Shown in pieces: positions 46,196-57,281 of a stretch of 64,000 bases of DNA. How positions within the stretch are numbered: position 1 is the first letter of the stretch; each line of letters starts with the position of its first letter. The translations under genes and the position numbers were made by a program. Origin of the DNA: Octopus sinensis (taxonomy: Eukaryota); contig NC_043012.1 of the NCBI RefSeq assembly GCF_006345805.1, forward strand, positions 15,190,001 through 15,254,000, in the 5' to 3' direction. Below the pieces are notes generated by a model, which worked only from the letters and a program-made list of their open reading frames with translations, had not been told where the DNA came from and did not search any database.

Positions 46196-46769
46196 AAAAT
46201 AATAAAAGATACATACAATGGGGGTACTTGTATCACAAGTATCTACAATGGGTGTGTATCATCTGTTTGTAAACGTAGGGGTTACACTCATACAAGTGTG
46301 TGTGTGTGTAATCTGTAAACATGCGGGGTTTTACTTACATAAATCCTCGGCTTATTACGTCTTCGTCCAAGCCAGATGAACCATATTTTCTACAATTTAT
46401 GCATATTTCTTTCGTTTGATTTTGGGGTTCGTGTATGAAAACAGGAATGTAAACATTTAAAATACTGTTACTGTTTTTTTTTTTTGTAAGCAAGTGTTTA
46501 GAAATTCGTGGTAACTTTTTTTACTGCGATTATGTCGACTTCGAAATAAACTGATTTGACCTTGAACAAGTCTTTTCTCCCCTGTTTTAACAAGTAAGAT
46601 GAATACAATTAAACATTCCCTATGTTAGGACTAGAATTATTATCTTACTGTGTTTTAGTGTAGATCGATAGGTAAGAATTAATGGTTAATATAAAGATCC
46701 GAATTAAAGTGTGTGCGCGTGATCAACCGCTACTGTTAGCTACTTGTAAACTTTCCTGACTGATAGATA

Positions 46770-47201
46770 GGTTAACAATATAAAGATCTCCACCCGTGAA
46801 CAAAGTAATAATAATAATATTAAACTAGCCTGCTGGGTGTTAACAAGTATGTAGGAAACGAATATGAAAAAAAAAATTGCGCTAACGACCCTGGTTATGG
46901 AGGAAAATAAAGTGAAAGTGGCGGGGGCGATTGAAATTTTGAAAATTTTTTTTTTCAGAATCGGATCCTCCATAACTAAAAACTTGGGATTCCGGGGAAA
47001 AACATCAATATATATCCATTTTACCGAAAGTTATGACGATAAAATCGGATCTTGTGAATTTTCCGAAAGTCCTCTACCCACCCACCCGGAGGGTCGTTAG
47101 CGCAATTTTTTTTTCATATTCGTTTTCTACTTGTTAACACCCAGCAGGCTGGTTTATTATTATTTTTTTTTTGTTCACGGGTGAAGATCTTTGTATTGAC
47201 C
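46770..47201. mobile_element. Fold-back MITE-like element with ~110-bp inverted arms
   Basis: 46776-46892 versus 47090-47198. GGT...ACC termini. ATA on both flanks (possible 3-bp TSD, weak). Confidence 0.7.
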
Positions 47202-47890
47202 ATATTTTTTTTAATCTCTTGCTTAATGATTGATGAATAGGGAATTGAATATCTGGTTTGATTGATGTGAAAGATTAAATATTTTGAAATAAGGCTATCT
47301 ATCGTTTCTACGAAGGATAGCTTTGTTGTTATTTAACTGAATGGCAATGATAGTGCCAAATGAGGAGCATCATACGTGTTGCTTATAAATCTGAAGAACT
47401 CCTTTGTCGTTGCTTAACCCTACTTGACCATTTTGGAGGCTCTCTCGGTTACGAAATAAAATAGCTTTTCAATCGTGTCTAATTAGTTTACGTGTCAAGT
47501 CCAACCTACATATATCAGAATTGGGTCCCTAGACCCATGAGAGCCCCGAGCAACAGCATCGGTCAAGCCTGGTTGTTTTCATGATTAAAGCAAACTTTAT
47601 AGTATCTTTTTTTCTTATAGGTACCCGCTTCATCAGTTTGACAATTGACACTTTTCGTTTATTCTGGTATTAAATAAAGGTAACTTTTTATCTGTGAGAC
47701 TCTGATTATAGTGAAATGGAGCTATAAAATAGAATTAATAAATCGTATTACTGAGATATAGTAGTGCTTAAAGTAAATAACAAATCCCTATGGTTTAGGG
47801 GAAACGTGAAAACAATTTTTTTTCGTTTTTCTCAGGAGCAATGTTATTTTTACATTTATTTGTCACAGTATTTTCTCTAATCCATTAAAT

Positions 47891-48400
47891 CAGCGGTTCA
47901 CAAACTTTGTCATGCGTAGAAAACTTATGTAATTTTTTTTAGACAATCACGGATCCATGTTTTTATTCTAAAGACAATTCCCGCCATCTAATTTTAATAA
48001 GACATAGAACAAAAATTAATTTAGAAAAATAATTTAATCAGTAAAATAAAAAAAAGGGCTCACTTGGCGGAGATGTAGACGGAACCCTTCCCCCCTTTTT
48101 TTAAAAAAAAAAAAAACTTTTCTACGGAATCCCACGTTTTAGGCTATGGAGATTCCGATTCTGAAAATAAATTTTCAAAAATCGCAACTTTTTGAAATTT
48201 TTTTTTCCGAATCGGAATCTCCATAGCCTAAAACATGGGATTCCGTAAAAAGAAAAAAAATTAAAAGGGGAGAAGGGTTCCGTTTACAAAAAGAAGCCAA
48301 CTTGTACTTTGCAAGTTGTGAGTAGCATTTATTTTATAAAACCATTGTTAAATTTTATAAAAATACACATTTTTCACGGATCCTTGTTTGAGAAACTGCT
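47891..48400. mobile_element. Possible hAT-type MITE enclosing the 48074-48288 palindrome
   Basis: CAGCGGTTCACAAAC and GTTTGAGAAACTGCT resemble hAT termini. No 8-bp TSD found. Confidence 0.3.
48074..48288. repeat. Near-perfect ~100-bp-arm palindrome with ~9-nt spacer
   Basis: TGTAGACGGAACCCTT..TACGGAATCCCACGTTTTAGGCTATGGAGATTCCGATTC versus GAATCGGAATCTCCATAGCCTAAAACATGGGATTCCGTA..AAGGGTTCCGTTTACA. Confidence 0.85.
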
Positions 48401-49005
48401 TCAGACGAGTGGGTTTCCTGTCTTTATAATAGAGTAGTGTTTTATGTTTGAGATGATTTGGACCAAATTCGGCAGATCCATGTGTGTGTTTGTGGGCGTA
48501 CACACACATCGATATATATGTATGTTTATATATATGTATACACACTATCACACACACACACACACATACAGAGGTAATTTAAACTAGGTCTCAAAACTGA
48601 TATTTTAAAAAAATAACTACTGCCTTCCTATCTATGCATACTTGTGTGAGTGTACGGTAAATAGATTTAGTATTTCTAAATGAAATTCTACTCCTGCTTT
48701 TCGTCTTCTGATTTTTCTAGTAAGTTTACAGTTGCTAATGTGCGTTTTTATCTACTTTTAGATTACACGCACACACATTTATATATACAGACATACATAC
48801 ACTTAATTTTACTTATTTTGAGGAATCAGTTTGAACTTACCGCCGATTTTCGAAAATATATATATATATATAAACTGACAAATCGATAATAATCTGTTTT
48901 TAGAACCCTTATTCTTAATAAGAATTATGTATGTACAGGATACTGTTGCGAGTTTGTATCTTAAATGACTTTTTAGGCGAGTTTTTGTTAAAATATCTCC
49001 CTTAC

Positions 49006-49075
49006 AAGATTCGTCATCTGCAGGTGAGGCTGGAATGTATATCGTCACGTGACTACTTTCGCTTTCGCCAGCCAT
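49006..49075 (-). CDS. Weak candidate first coding exon (MAGESESSHVTIYIPASPADDES)
   Basis: AAAATGG-like start context (GTAAATGG) and donor T|GTAAGG. No downstream exon identified. Confidence 0.25.
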
Positions 49076-49862
49076 TTACTTTTGAAAGCTTTTTGTTTTG
49101 GCCTTGCTTTTGTGTGTGCGAGGACAGTGTAGATTGTTGGGGGTTTGTTTAGTTACTTTGTTTTTGTTCTTAGTAACCGTTTGTGTATACTATTGGATAA
49201 TCTAACATTTATTTCAGGACACTCTGTCGTCGAGAGACACTATGTGTAATATATCTCGCCTTCTTTTTAGTTCAAACTGTTCCATTTAGTTGTCACTTGT
49301 TTTAGTCTGCACTGTTGCTAACTTACCTTGTTTTAAAATTCTCAGTCTGTCTGTCTCTCTCTCTTGGTATGTAGTAGCAGTTACTTATGTTGACTAATGC
49401 TCTGGAGCCACAATCGCCTTTACTATGACTCACACCCAGTAAACTTAGACACAGTCTTTCCCGTTCTTTTTCTTTGATAAAACTTCGCTTTTATCACCTT
49501 TTTTTTTTTCTTTCAAACTAATTTGTTCTAGATTTTTCTTCTTTCTGCATTGCTATCGAAAACGGAAATAAAACCAGCTTTTTCTTATTTGCATAAGTTA
49601 ACCCAGTTGTTTTATTTAAAATATTTGAATACGCGCTCGTGCGTTCATTTTCTTTTTACTTATTTTTAGTCAGTCGATTACGGACATGCTGGAGCATCGC
49701 TTTGAATGAATGGTTTAGTCGATAAAATTAACCACAGCACTAGGTTTGTCATTTCTTCAGGCGATCACTTTTTACCGATGTGCTAAATCAATGGAGACAA
49801 ACAAACTAATATCGGTTGTTAGATTGTGAGAAACAATTCGAAATGCGTGCGCACGTACACAC

Positions 49863-49912
<50 letters not shown>

Positions 49913-50307
49913 CGTGTGTGATAGTTTCCCACAAAGTTTGATTCTACAAAGTTCGTTCGCAATGTATTGATATTGATCTGCCTGACTTTAGTACTCAAGG
50001 TGATTTGTTTATCTAAAGCAGGCCCTGACAACTCGAATTACATTGCGGGCCACTTTAATCCCAGAAAGTTTTTTGAAGGACGCTTGTATACTGACAGAAT
50101 TGAAAGCATTTTGCTTTCTCATGCTATTATTGCAATAATGAATGAATGATCGTTAATTAAGCATGAAATATTATCGTTGCAAAAACAGTAATGTCTTTCT
50201 TTTTTACTTTTCATTACAATCTTTAATTTTTGATAAAATTTTCAAAATGTTTGTTTAATAAACTCATTTCAAGAATGTATCAAGCGGGCCGCAAGATAAA
50301 AGTCTGA

Positions 50308-50346
<39 letters not shown>

Positions 50347-50382
50347 AAAAAGGAGATGTGGAACACGAGTTGTGATATATAA

Positions 50383-50771
50383 AAAAAGGAAATGAAGAAA
50401 ATGCTGACAAAATAATTTAAGTAAGGGAGAGTGTATTTAATTAGGTGAAAGTTCTTTACCGGTTGCGCATTTGTTATGCTTATCAAAAGATATTTTTTAA
50501 GAGAGATAGAGTTCCTTTCTGATAGATTTTTTTCTCTTATCAGATAAGAGAAAAAAATCTATCAGAAAGGAACTCTATCTCTCTTAAAAAATATCTTTTT
50601 TTCTCTTATCTGATAAGAGAAAAAAATCTATCAGAAAGGAACTCTATCTCTCTTAAAAAAATATCTTTTGATAAGCATAACAAATGCGCAACCGGTAAAG
50701 AACTTTCACCTAATTAAATACACTCTCCCTTACTTAAATTATTTTGTCAGCATTTTCTTCATTTCCTTTTT
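50383..50771. repeat. ~160-bp-arm palindrome with a 69-bp central tandem duplication
   Basis: Left arm 50383-50541, 1-nt centres at 50542 and 50611, right arm 50612-50771. The arms differ by one homopolymer base. Confidence 0.9.
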
Positions 50772-50783
50772 ATATATATATAT

Positions 50784-51180
50784 GCGCACAGGAGTGGCTG
50801 TGTGGTAAGTAGCTTGCTAACCAACCACATGGTTCCGGGTTCAGTCCCACTGCGTGGCATCTTGGGCAAGTGTCTTCTGCTATAGCCCCGGGCCGACCAA
50901 TGCCTTGTGAGTGGATTTGGTAGACGGAAACTGAAAGAAGCCTGTCGTATATATGTATATATATATATATGTGTGTGTCTGTGTTTGTCCCCCTAGCATT
51001 GCTTAACAACCAATGCTGGTGTGTTTATGTCCCCGTCACTTAGCGGTTCGGCAAAAGGGACCGATAGAATAAGTACTGGGCTTACAAAGAATAAGTCCCG
51101 GGGTCAATTTGCTCGACTAAAGGTGGTTCTCCAGCATGGCCGCAGTCAAATGACTGAAACAAGTAAAAGAGTAAAGAGTA
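50784..51180 (+). mobile_element. SINE family S1, best-preserved full-length copy
   Basis: A-box TGGCTGTGTGG (50795-50805), B-box GGTTCAGTCCC (50838-50848), tail AAGTAAAAGAGTAAAGAGTA. Confidence 0.9.
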
Positions 51181-51279
51181 TACATACATAGGGAGAGTTT
51201 ACGAAAATACAAAAGACGAAGACAGGTGGTGAACAAAACAAACAGATGTATTAGTATAACGCTCAGGAATAGAAAAAGT

Positions 51280-51315
51280 CTTTTATGTTTCGAGCCTATG
51301 CTCTTCTACAGAAAG
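51280..51315 (-). ncRNA. Putative hammerhead, variant core CUGUAGA, within family B repeat 51185-51375
   Basis: CUUU-CUGUAGA-A-GAGC-AUAG-GCUC-GAA-ACAU-A-AAAG. Stem III ACGU>ACAU is consistent with CpG decay. Confidence 0.55.
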
Positions 51316-51924
51316 GGATACAGAAAAAACAAAGAGAACAAAATGTGTATAGTGGCTAACGATCTATCATGGCGAATATACACACACATATATATTTTCT
51401 ATTAAGGCTACCATTGGTTTCAAGTTAACGAAACCTCAACAGCTATCAACTCCAACACGTGGAACATTGTTCATTTCCATTTTGGATCAAAACACAGGAG
51501 ATGGTAAAGCAGAGGACGGCATCGAGCTCTTCTGTTTGCTTTGGCATAATTCCTATGACTGGGCACCCTTCCTAATGCCAAGCACTTTACAGAGTGTGGA
51601 CTGGATGCTTTTTTATGTGGCACCAACACCAACAAGAGAAAGGCCCCTCATGTGAAAAGGGAACAGTACTGAGAAAGGTAGCTTTGTGCCAAGTGATGAA
51701 AAGTTAAACTATGATAAGTTAAACTATGACAGGTGTTTTGCCATAGAGGAGATGCATGGCTATCCCAGTCATCGAGGATAGAGAGAGAGAGAGAGAGGAG
51801 ATAGTGGTGAAGATGTGACAGGGTGTTTTTATATATATATACATACACATATATCATCATCATCCACTTCAGCAATGTAACGACACGTGTACCATTAGCG
51901 ATTTCTTCTCCATCTTTTCTCCGC

Positions 51925-52105
51925 TGGTGGCACATAAAAAGCACCCACTACACTCACGGAGTGGTTGGCATTAGGAAGGGCATCCAGCTGTAGAAACACT
52001 GCCAGATCAGACTGGAGCCTGGTGCAGCCTTCTGGCTTCCCAGATCCCCGGTCGAACCATCCAACCCATGCTAGCATGGAGAATGGACGTTAAACGATGA
52101 TGATG
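51925..52105 (+). mobile_element. RTE 3'-end fragment
   Basis: Conserved tail and (GAT)n. Confidence 0.8.
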
Positions 52106-52256
52106 AACAAAGAGCTATGCTTCAGAATGTCAAACTCATTTCACCGAGTGTCAAAAGCGAATACATTTCTTGCACGTGTCCTCGCACTCTTTCTTTTTCA
52201 TTTGACTTGACTATATGTGTGTATATATATATTATATATATATAAATATATATAAA

Positions 52257-52499
52257 ATAATTCGAGACAAAACCACTATTTTAAAACCAAACAAAGAAAG
52301 ACTTAATCAATACATAAAATTTTAATATAAATAAATGACTTCAAAATTTGATACTGATTAGAAGATCGAAAATCCACCTGAAGATTGTCGGTAGCAGACA
52401 TGAAACATTTGTAGTGGCGGTTTATTTATATTAAAATTTTATGTATTGATTAAGTCTTTCCTTGTTTGGTTTTAAAATAGTGGTTTTGTCTCAAATTAT
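52257..52499. repeat. 79-bp inverted repeat (2 mismatches) around an 85-bp spacer
   Basis: 52257-52335 versus 52421-52499. Confidence 0.9.
52374..52417 (+). ncRNA. Putative type I hammerhead ribozyme, canonical CUGAAGA core
   Basis: CCAC-CUGAAGA-U-UGUC-GGUAGCA-GACA-U-GAA-ACAUUUGU-A-GUGG. Stem I CCAC/GUGG, stem II UGUC/GACA, stem III ACA/UGU, cleavage after GUA (52413). Confidence 0.65.
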
Positions 52500-52662
52500 A
52501 TTATATAATATTTTACTATAAAATTGGATTTAACCCTAAATCTGATTTTTCCCTGTAATTTTGGATTCATTCCCTAATATTTATTATAAATATATATATA
52601 TATATATACACACACACAAAGCATGGGGGTTAGCTCACAGGTGATCTAAATTATTAGGTACG

Positions 52663-54365
52663 CTAGGTAGTGTTGGTATCAGCAGTGGTAGAAGAGGTGG
52701 TATTAGTAATGCTATTGTTGCATCTATTAGTAGTTGTGTTTGCGGTAGGAGTGTTAGTAGTAGAACTATTTTCAGTAACGGTAACGTTGCCGTTGGTGTT
52801 AGTATTAATAGTCCTATTAGTAGTTGAAGTATATGTATTATTTGTTGTAGTGGTTATAGTATTGTTAGTATTAGTGTTCCGCTTAGTGTTTGCGTTGGTT
52901 TCAGCTGTGCGCCCATTACCCTCTGAGGTGGAGACTATATTATGTATGTTTAAGTTGTTTAAAGTGGTTGGGCAAGGGGTATTAGATATGTTATTGCAAT
53001 CAGTGTTAGTGTTTTTGTTGTGTAGGTCTATGGTAGGGTTGTATGCATTTAGATAGTAAGAGCTAAGTTTACGTTTATTTGATGAGGTAATAATAGATTC
53101 TATATTTGGTGTAGATGAATAGGATGATTTCAAAGTGGATCTGTTAAAGATGGAATGGTACTTGTTGTTACGTGGGAAATTAGATTCTACTATTTTAAAG
53201 AAAGCTTTAGCGAGGCCATTAACGTTTAAAGCAAATGGAGGTGTATTCCAGAGAATAGATCTCCCACTGCTTTTATTATGCAAGTTTGGGGAGGTGTAAT
53301 TCCTAGTGAATGTTAGAGGAGAATTGGAAGGTCTAGTATTAGTATTAGTGCTTGTAGATCGAGTGTTATGCATGTGGGTGCTAGGTGGATGAGATTGTCC
53401 AATTGTAGTAGGGGGATTTGAATTTCCAATATTTATGCATATTTGTCTAAAGCTAAGTTTCGAGAGGTGTTCCTTAAGTCTAGTGTTGGGTATAAATCTA
53501 ATCTTCTAGGAGAAACCACTAGCAGCTAGAGCTTGGTTATAGTAATTGGTGTATTTATTGAAGATTTCTTCAGTGGCGGATAGATTGGATATTCTGATGG
53601 ATATGCCTTTAATTATGCTCTCAAAAGTAGATTTATGGTGGCTAGATTTTGTGTTGATGTATTTAAGGTATTGATTGGGTTTATGATATGGGAAGTATAG
53701 CGAAGAGTTTAGATCTGAAGTAATATCTAGAAAATTTGCTTTCCTGTAAGAGTTTTCAAAAAAGACAGATAGGTTGAAGTTAGTGAAGAATTTATGTAAG
53801 TGTTTTCTAGTTTTTTCTAATGCAGGTTTTGTTAGGCCATTTGTAATTAACAATGCATCATCTCTATATAAACCCCCTTTGATATGGGGGAATTGTGTAT
53901 GGAGCTGTTGCAGGAGGTACAATCCGACTAGATCCATGACCTGAGTAGAGTCAGATGAGCCCATGGTTATATCAAAGAAGTTGCTTCTGTTAGCCTTGAG
54001 GTTAGCACGGGATCAAAGCTTATTATCGACGGGTATGAGGGTCTGCCTGGCAGATAGAATTACACCAATTTCTAAGGAGGTTATGTTGGTTTGGTTTTTA
54101 GTTAAAGGACGTTTTTAAGGAGGATAGGTAATATAGAGGCGTCATAATTGTTGATGTCAAATTGTAAGAAAGAGGATGTGTTTTTGTTTTGAAACAGGTA
54201 GAACTAGGTGATGACTTTGCATGTGCAGGACCACAAGTTAACATTTAGTTTTTCTCTAATAGAGAGTATGACTCTGTCTAGTGTATTTTTGCCGATTCAT
54301 CCTAAGTCCTATTTGGTGGGGCAGATGAGTCTAATAGAGGGTTTGGTTAAGAAGTCTGGTTAATA
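52663..54365 (-). mobile_element. Penelope-like element RT remnant
   Basis: KPSIRLICPTK, FLQFDINNY, TMGSSDS, GGLYRDDAL, NFLDIT, PYHKPN, RSILWNTPPF, SIFNRSTLKSSYS. Several stops. No GIY-YIG motif found. Confidence 0.85.
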
Positions 54366-55424
54366 TAATGTGTGTGTAAGGAATTGTATAATGTGACAGA
54401 TGATCCAAAATTATTGAGTATTCTCAAAAGAAAAGACGATGTTGTTAAATTCTGGTATTTGAAATTTTTTATTCTTTAAAATAAAACCATTACAAGTGTT
54501 TTGATTAGTAAAAATGATTCTGCAAAGACACAGTATCTATTTCAACACAATTCTACAGTGAATTTTACAAAAACAAATATAAAAATGAAATATGTTTTTC
54601 TCTGTTTTGTTCATGTTAAGTATCTTGTCTGCTGGATTTAGGACAGGACAGCTGCTGTGCTGATGACACTTATTGTGGCAGAAAGCATAGTCCATAGCTA
54701 TCCTCTTGTCCCTAGACAACCTGACTGACTTTTCCTTAATATATCCATTTCAGAGTTTTATTATTATTATCTCCTCTTCTTGTTTGTTGTTGGTCCAACT
54801 TGAAACAATTTGTTCATTTATTCTCTTCTTGAAGGGAAGATAATTTCAATAAATGAAGAATTTATCATGTATGGTATTTAATATATCTTTTTTGTCTTTC
54901 TGTGTATGTATGCTTGTATATATCACTTTGTGTGTGTGTGTGTGTGTGTGTACAGGCCCTGTAAGAGAAGTGGACTCAACTAGTAGATTAGGAGCCTATG
55001 AATATATCTAGGGGCTTTCCCTAAAACAATCCCCTATTTGAATTTTGAGATTACTACCTTTTTCCATTTTATTCCTGTTTGCAAAATTTCTCTCAGGGCC
55101 CGTGTTTGTGTGTGTGTGTGTGTTTATTATAAAGTAAAAATATATCACCTTCTTTTCTAAATGATCAGAAATTTCTGGAAATACACAATATAAATAATGT
55201 TATAATAGATTGGTTGTGCAGAAGGAGAAAGGTAAAAATGATAGATGTAATAATACAATTGCTGATTAGATAACATTTGTATGAAAATGAATACAGACAA
55301 GTCACCTAGATAGTAATCAGAGCAGGTAAACCAAGAAAACTTATAGGTGAATAATCTGTATAAATTTAACACAAGTTAATAAATAAGGTATTACTGAGAA
55401 ATGTTGAGCTCAACAACGATAATA

Positions 55425-55685
55425 ATAATAATAATTAATTCGTTTATTGGCCACAAGGGCTGACAAAAATTAATTAAAACATAAAGGAACAAAACACAGG
55501 ACGAAAGTTACAAAGGGTTTTGTCCGTTTGCAAAAGTCCGTGTAAAAATTCCAGAGATAACAACGAAAATATAACAATTGAAATTCCCAATAGGGGGAGG
55601 CGCTTCGAAAGGTTACTCGTGGAAAAACCCATAAAAGCTACGGGAGCCTGGTCAAAAGTGGGGTAGAGAGCCCCTTTCTCCTTTT
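55425..55685 (-). mobile_element. LINE-type 3' UTR fragment with the shared tail motif
   Basis: Minus strand ..TGTTCCTTTATGTT..CAGCCCTTGTGGCCAATAAACGAATT followed by (ATT)n, resembling the Tx1 3' UTR. Confidence 0.55.
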
Positions 55686-55698
55686 ATAATAATAATAG

Positions 55699-55832
55699 GT
55701 TAAGACTATATAGGACCGAGGTAACTCATCCAGAAGTTAGTTATACACAAATAAATAGAAGAGTGCCATATCATGTGAAATTGGTTGAACGATATTTCGG
55801 CATGAGTTACCTCGGTCCAATATAGTCTTAAC
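55699..55832. repeat. 31-bp inverted repeat (1 mismatch), 72-bp spacer
   Basis: GTTAAGACTATATAGGACCGAGGTAACTCAT versus ATGAGTTACCTCGGTCCAATATAGTCTTAAC. Confidence 0.9.
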
Positions 55833-56504
55833 AATAAATGAAGTAGACTGACATGTAATAATAATAATAATAATAATAATAATGATAATAATTAATAATA
55901 ATACTTTTTAAAGTGGTGGTGGTAGCGGTGGTAGTGACAGCTGTAGTGAAGGCAGCAATGACAACTGTGTTCTATTAATAGCTAATAAGATGGTGCAATA
56001 TATATATATCTAGGTTATAGGACTTACAGCCTGTTTAATTTCTTTATCAACTTTGCTCTGTTTAATTCCTTTTCTATATAATTCAGCAAGATAATGCTTC
56101 TTAAGATTTAGTTTTTACTACATTCTTACAAAATACATTCAATATATTGAAATTTAAAAAAAGTAAAAAATGGGGATCGAGTGAAAATCACATACTGAGG
56201 AGTTGAGTTGACACCTCAACATGATTTTTAACTCTTTGCAGAAATAATGAGTAGAATTATTATTCAAACAGGATTTAAGATAGTATTTTAAACTCTTTTT
56301 GTTTTTTTAATAAGTATTTGTTAATTTGACTTCATGATGCCAAGGCATATAGAAACATAATGAAAATAGAACTTATTGAAATATCAAACTGAAGAAGGAT
56401 ATAGAAAATTAAGATATTTGGTGTTTATAGAAACAATTTCAATAATTTACACTTGGTTAAATAGATAATACCTGCCTCCCCTTCTTTCTGTACGCACATA
56501 TATA

Positions 56505-56860
56505 TACTCTTTTACTTGTTTCAGTCATTTAGACTGTGGCCATGCTGGGGCTTGAAGGTTTTAGTCAAAGAAATCAATCCCAGGACTAATTATTTAAGCC
56601 TGGTATTTATTCTATCGGTCTCTTTGGCCAAACCTCTAAGTTACGGGGATGTAAACACACTAACACCAGTTATCAAGTGGAGGTGGAGGACAAACACAGA
56701 TACAAAGACACGCACCCAGTTTCTGTGTACCAAGTCCACTCACAGGGTTTTGGTTGCTCCAAGGCTGTAGTAGAAGACACTTGCCTAAGGTACCACACAA
56801 TGGAACTGAACTTGGAACCATGTGGTTGGGAAGCAAGCTTTTTACCACACAGCCATACTT
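56505..56860 (-). mobile_element. SINE family S1
   Basis: Near full-length reverse complement. Confidence 0.8.
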
Positions 56861-57060
56861 ATTTTGTTTTCGTTGGCCCTATCAAGGTGAATTGTAAAAT
56901 TGATCTCTTGTAGTATTTGAACTCAAATCATAATGAGATGGTACTAAATGACAGCAAGTCATTTTATTCAGCTCTTTATTAATTGTGCTGGCTACAGACT
57001 TCATACTAATCGAGTTTTCTTCCATGAATATCTAATGAAAGTAAAGAGGAACACAGTTAA

Positions 57061-57281
57061 TTCTTTAGCATTTAAACCAGTCATATCAAGCCCAAATATT
57101 CTACTTCTTTTAAGTTCAAACTGGCCAAATCCAGCCTCTCACACCTACCCTACTATGTCATTCTAAAAGCATACAATCACATCATCGAAATCTTGAAGCT
57201 ACAAGATATTTCATAATTAATTCAAAGCAATGTGAATAAATAAAGCATTACATTTGACAGAATAATCCGAATACTAAAGGG
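57061..57281. mobile_element. piggyBac-like MITE (TTAA-type flanks)
   Basis: TTAA|TTCTTTAGCATT ... AATACTAAAGGG|TTGA. A related end AATACTAAAGGG|TTAA is at ~62627-62642. A split copy flanks the SINE at 61918-62207. Confidence 0.55.

Noticed and set aside
46330-46440. Minus-strand frame EICINCRKYGSSGLDEDVISRGF ending at a GTAAGT donor
   Set aside because: No acceptable acceptor or start, and the phase does not fit the 49006 candidate.
48977-49023. Possible plus-strand exon 2 (AG|..CAG|GTGAGG) in frame with the 44227 exon
   Set aside because: Short polypyrimidine tract, an alternative acceptor fits equally well, and a 15-codon open frame is expected by chance.
50784-50860. tRNA gene
   Set aside because: A and B boxes are present but there is no complete cloverleaf. 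It is the head of a multi-copy SINE.
52670-53056. 128-aa hydrophobic plus-strand ORF (membrane-protein-like)
   Set aside because: Antisense of the Asn/Thr low-complexity tail of the Penelope ORF.
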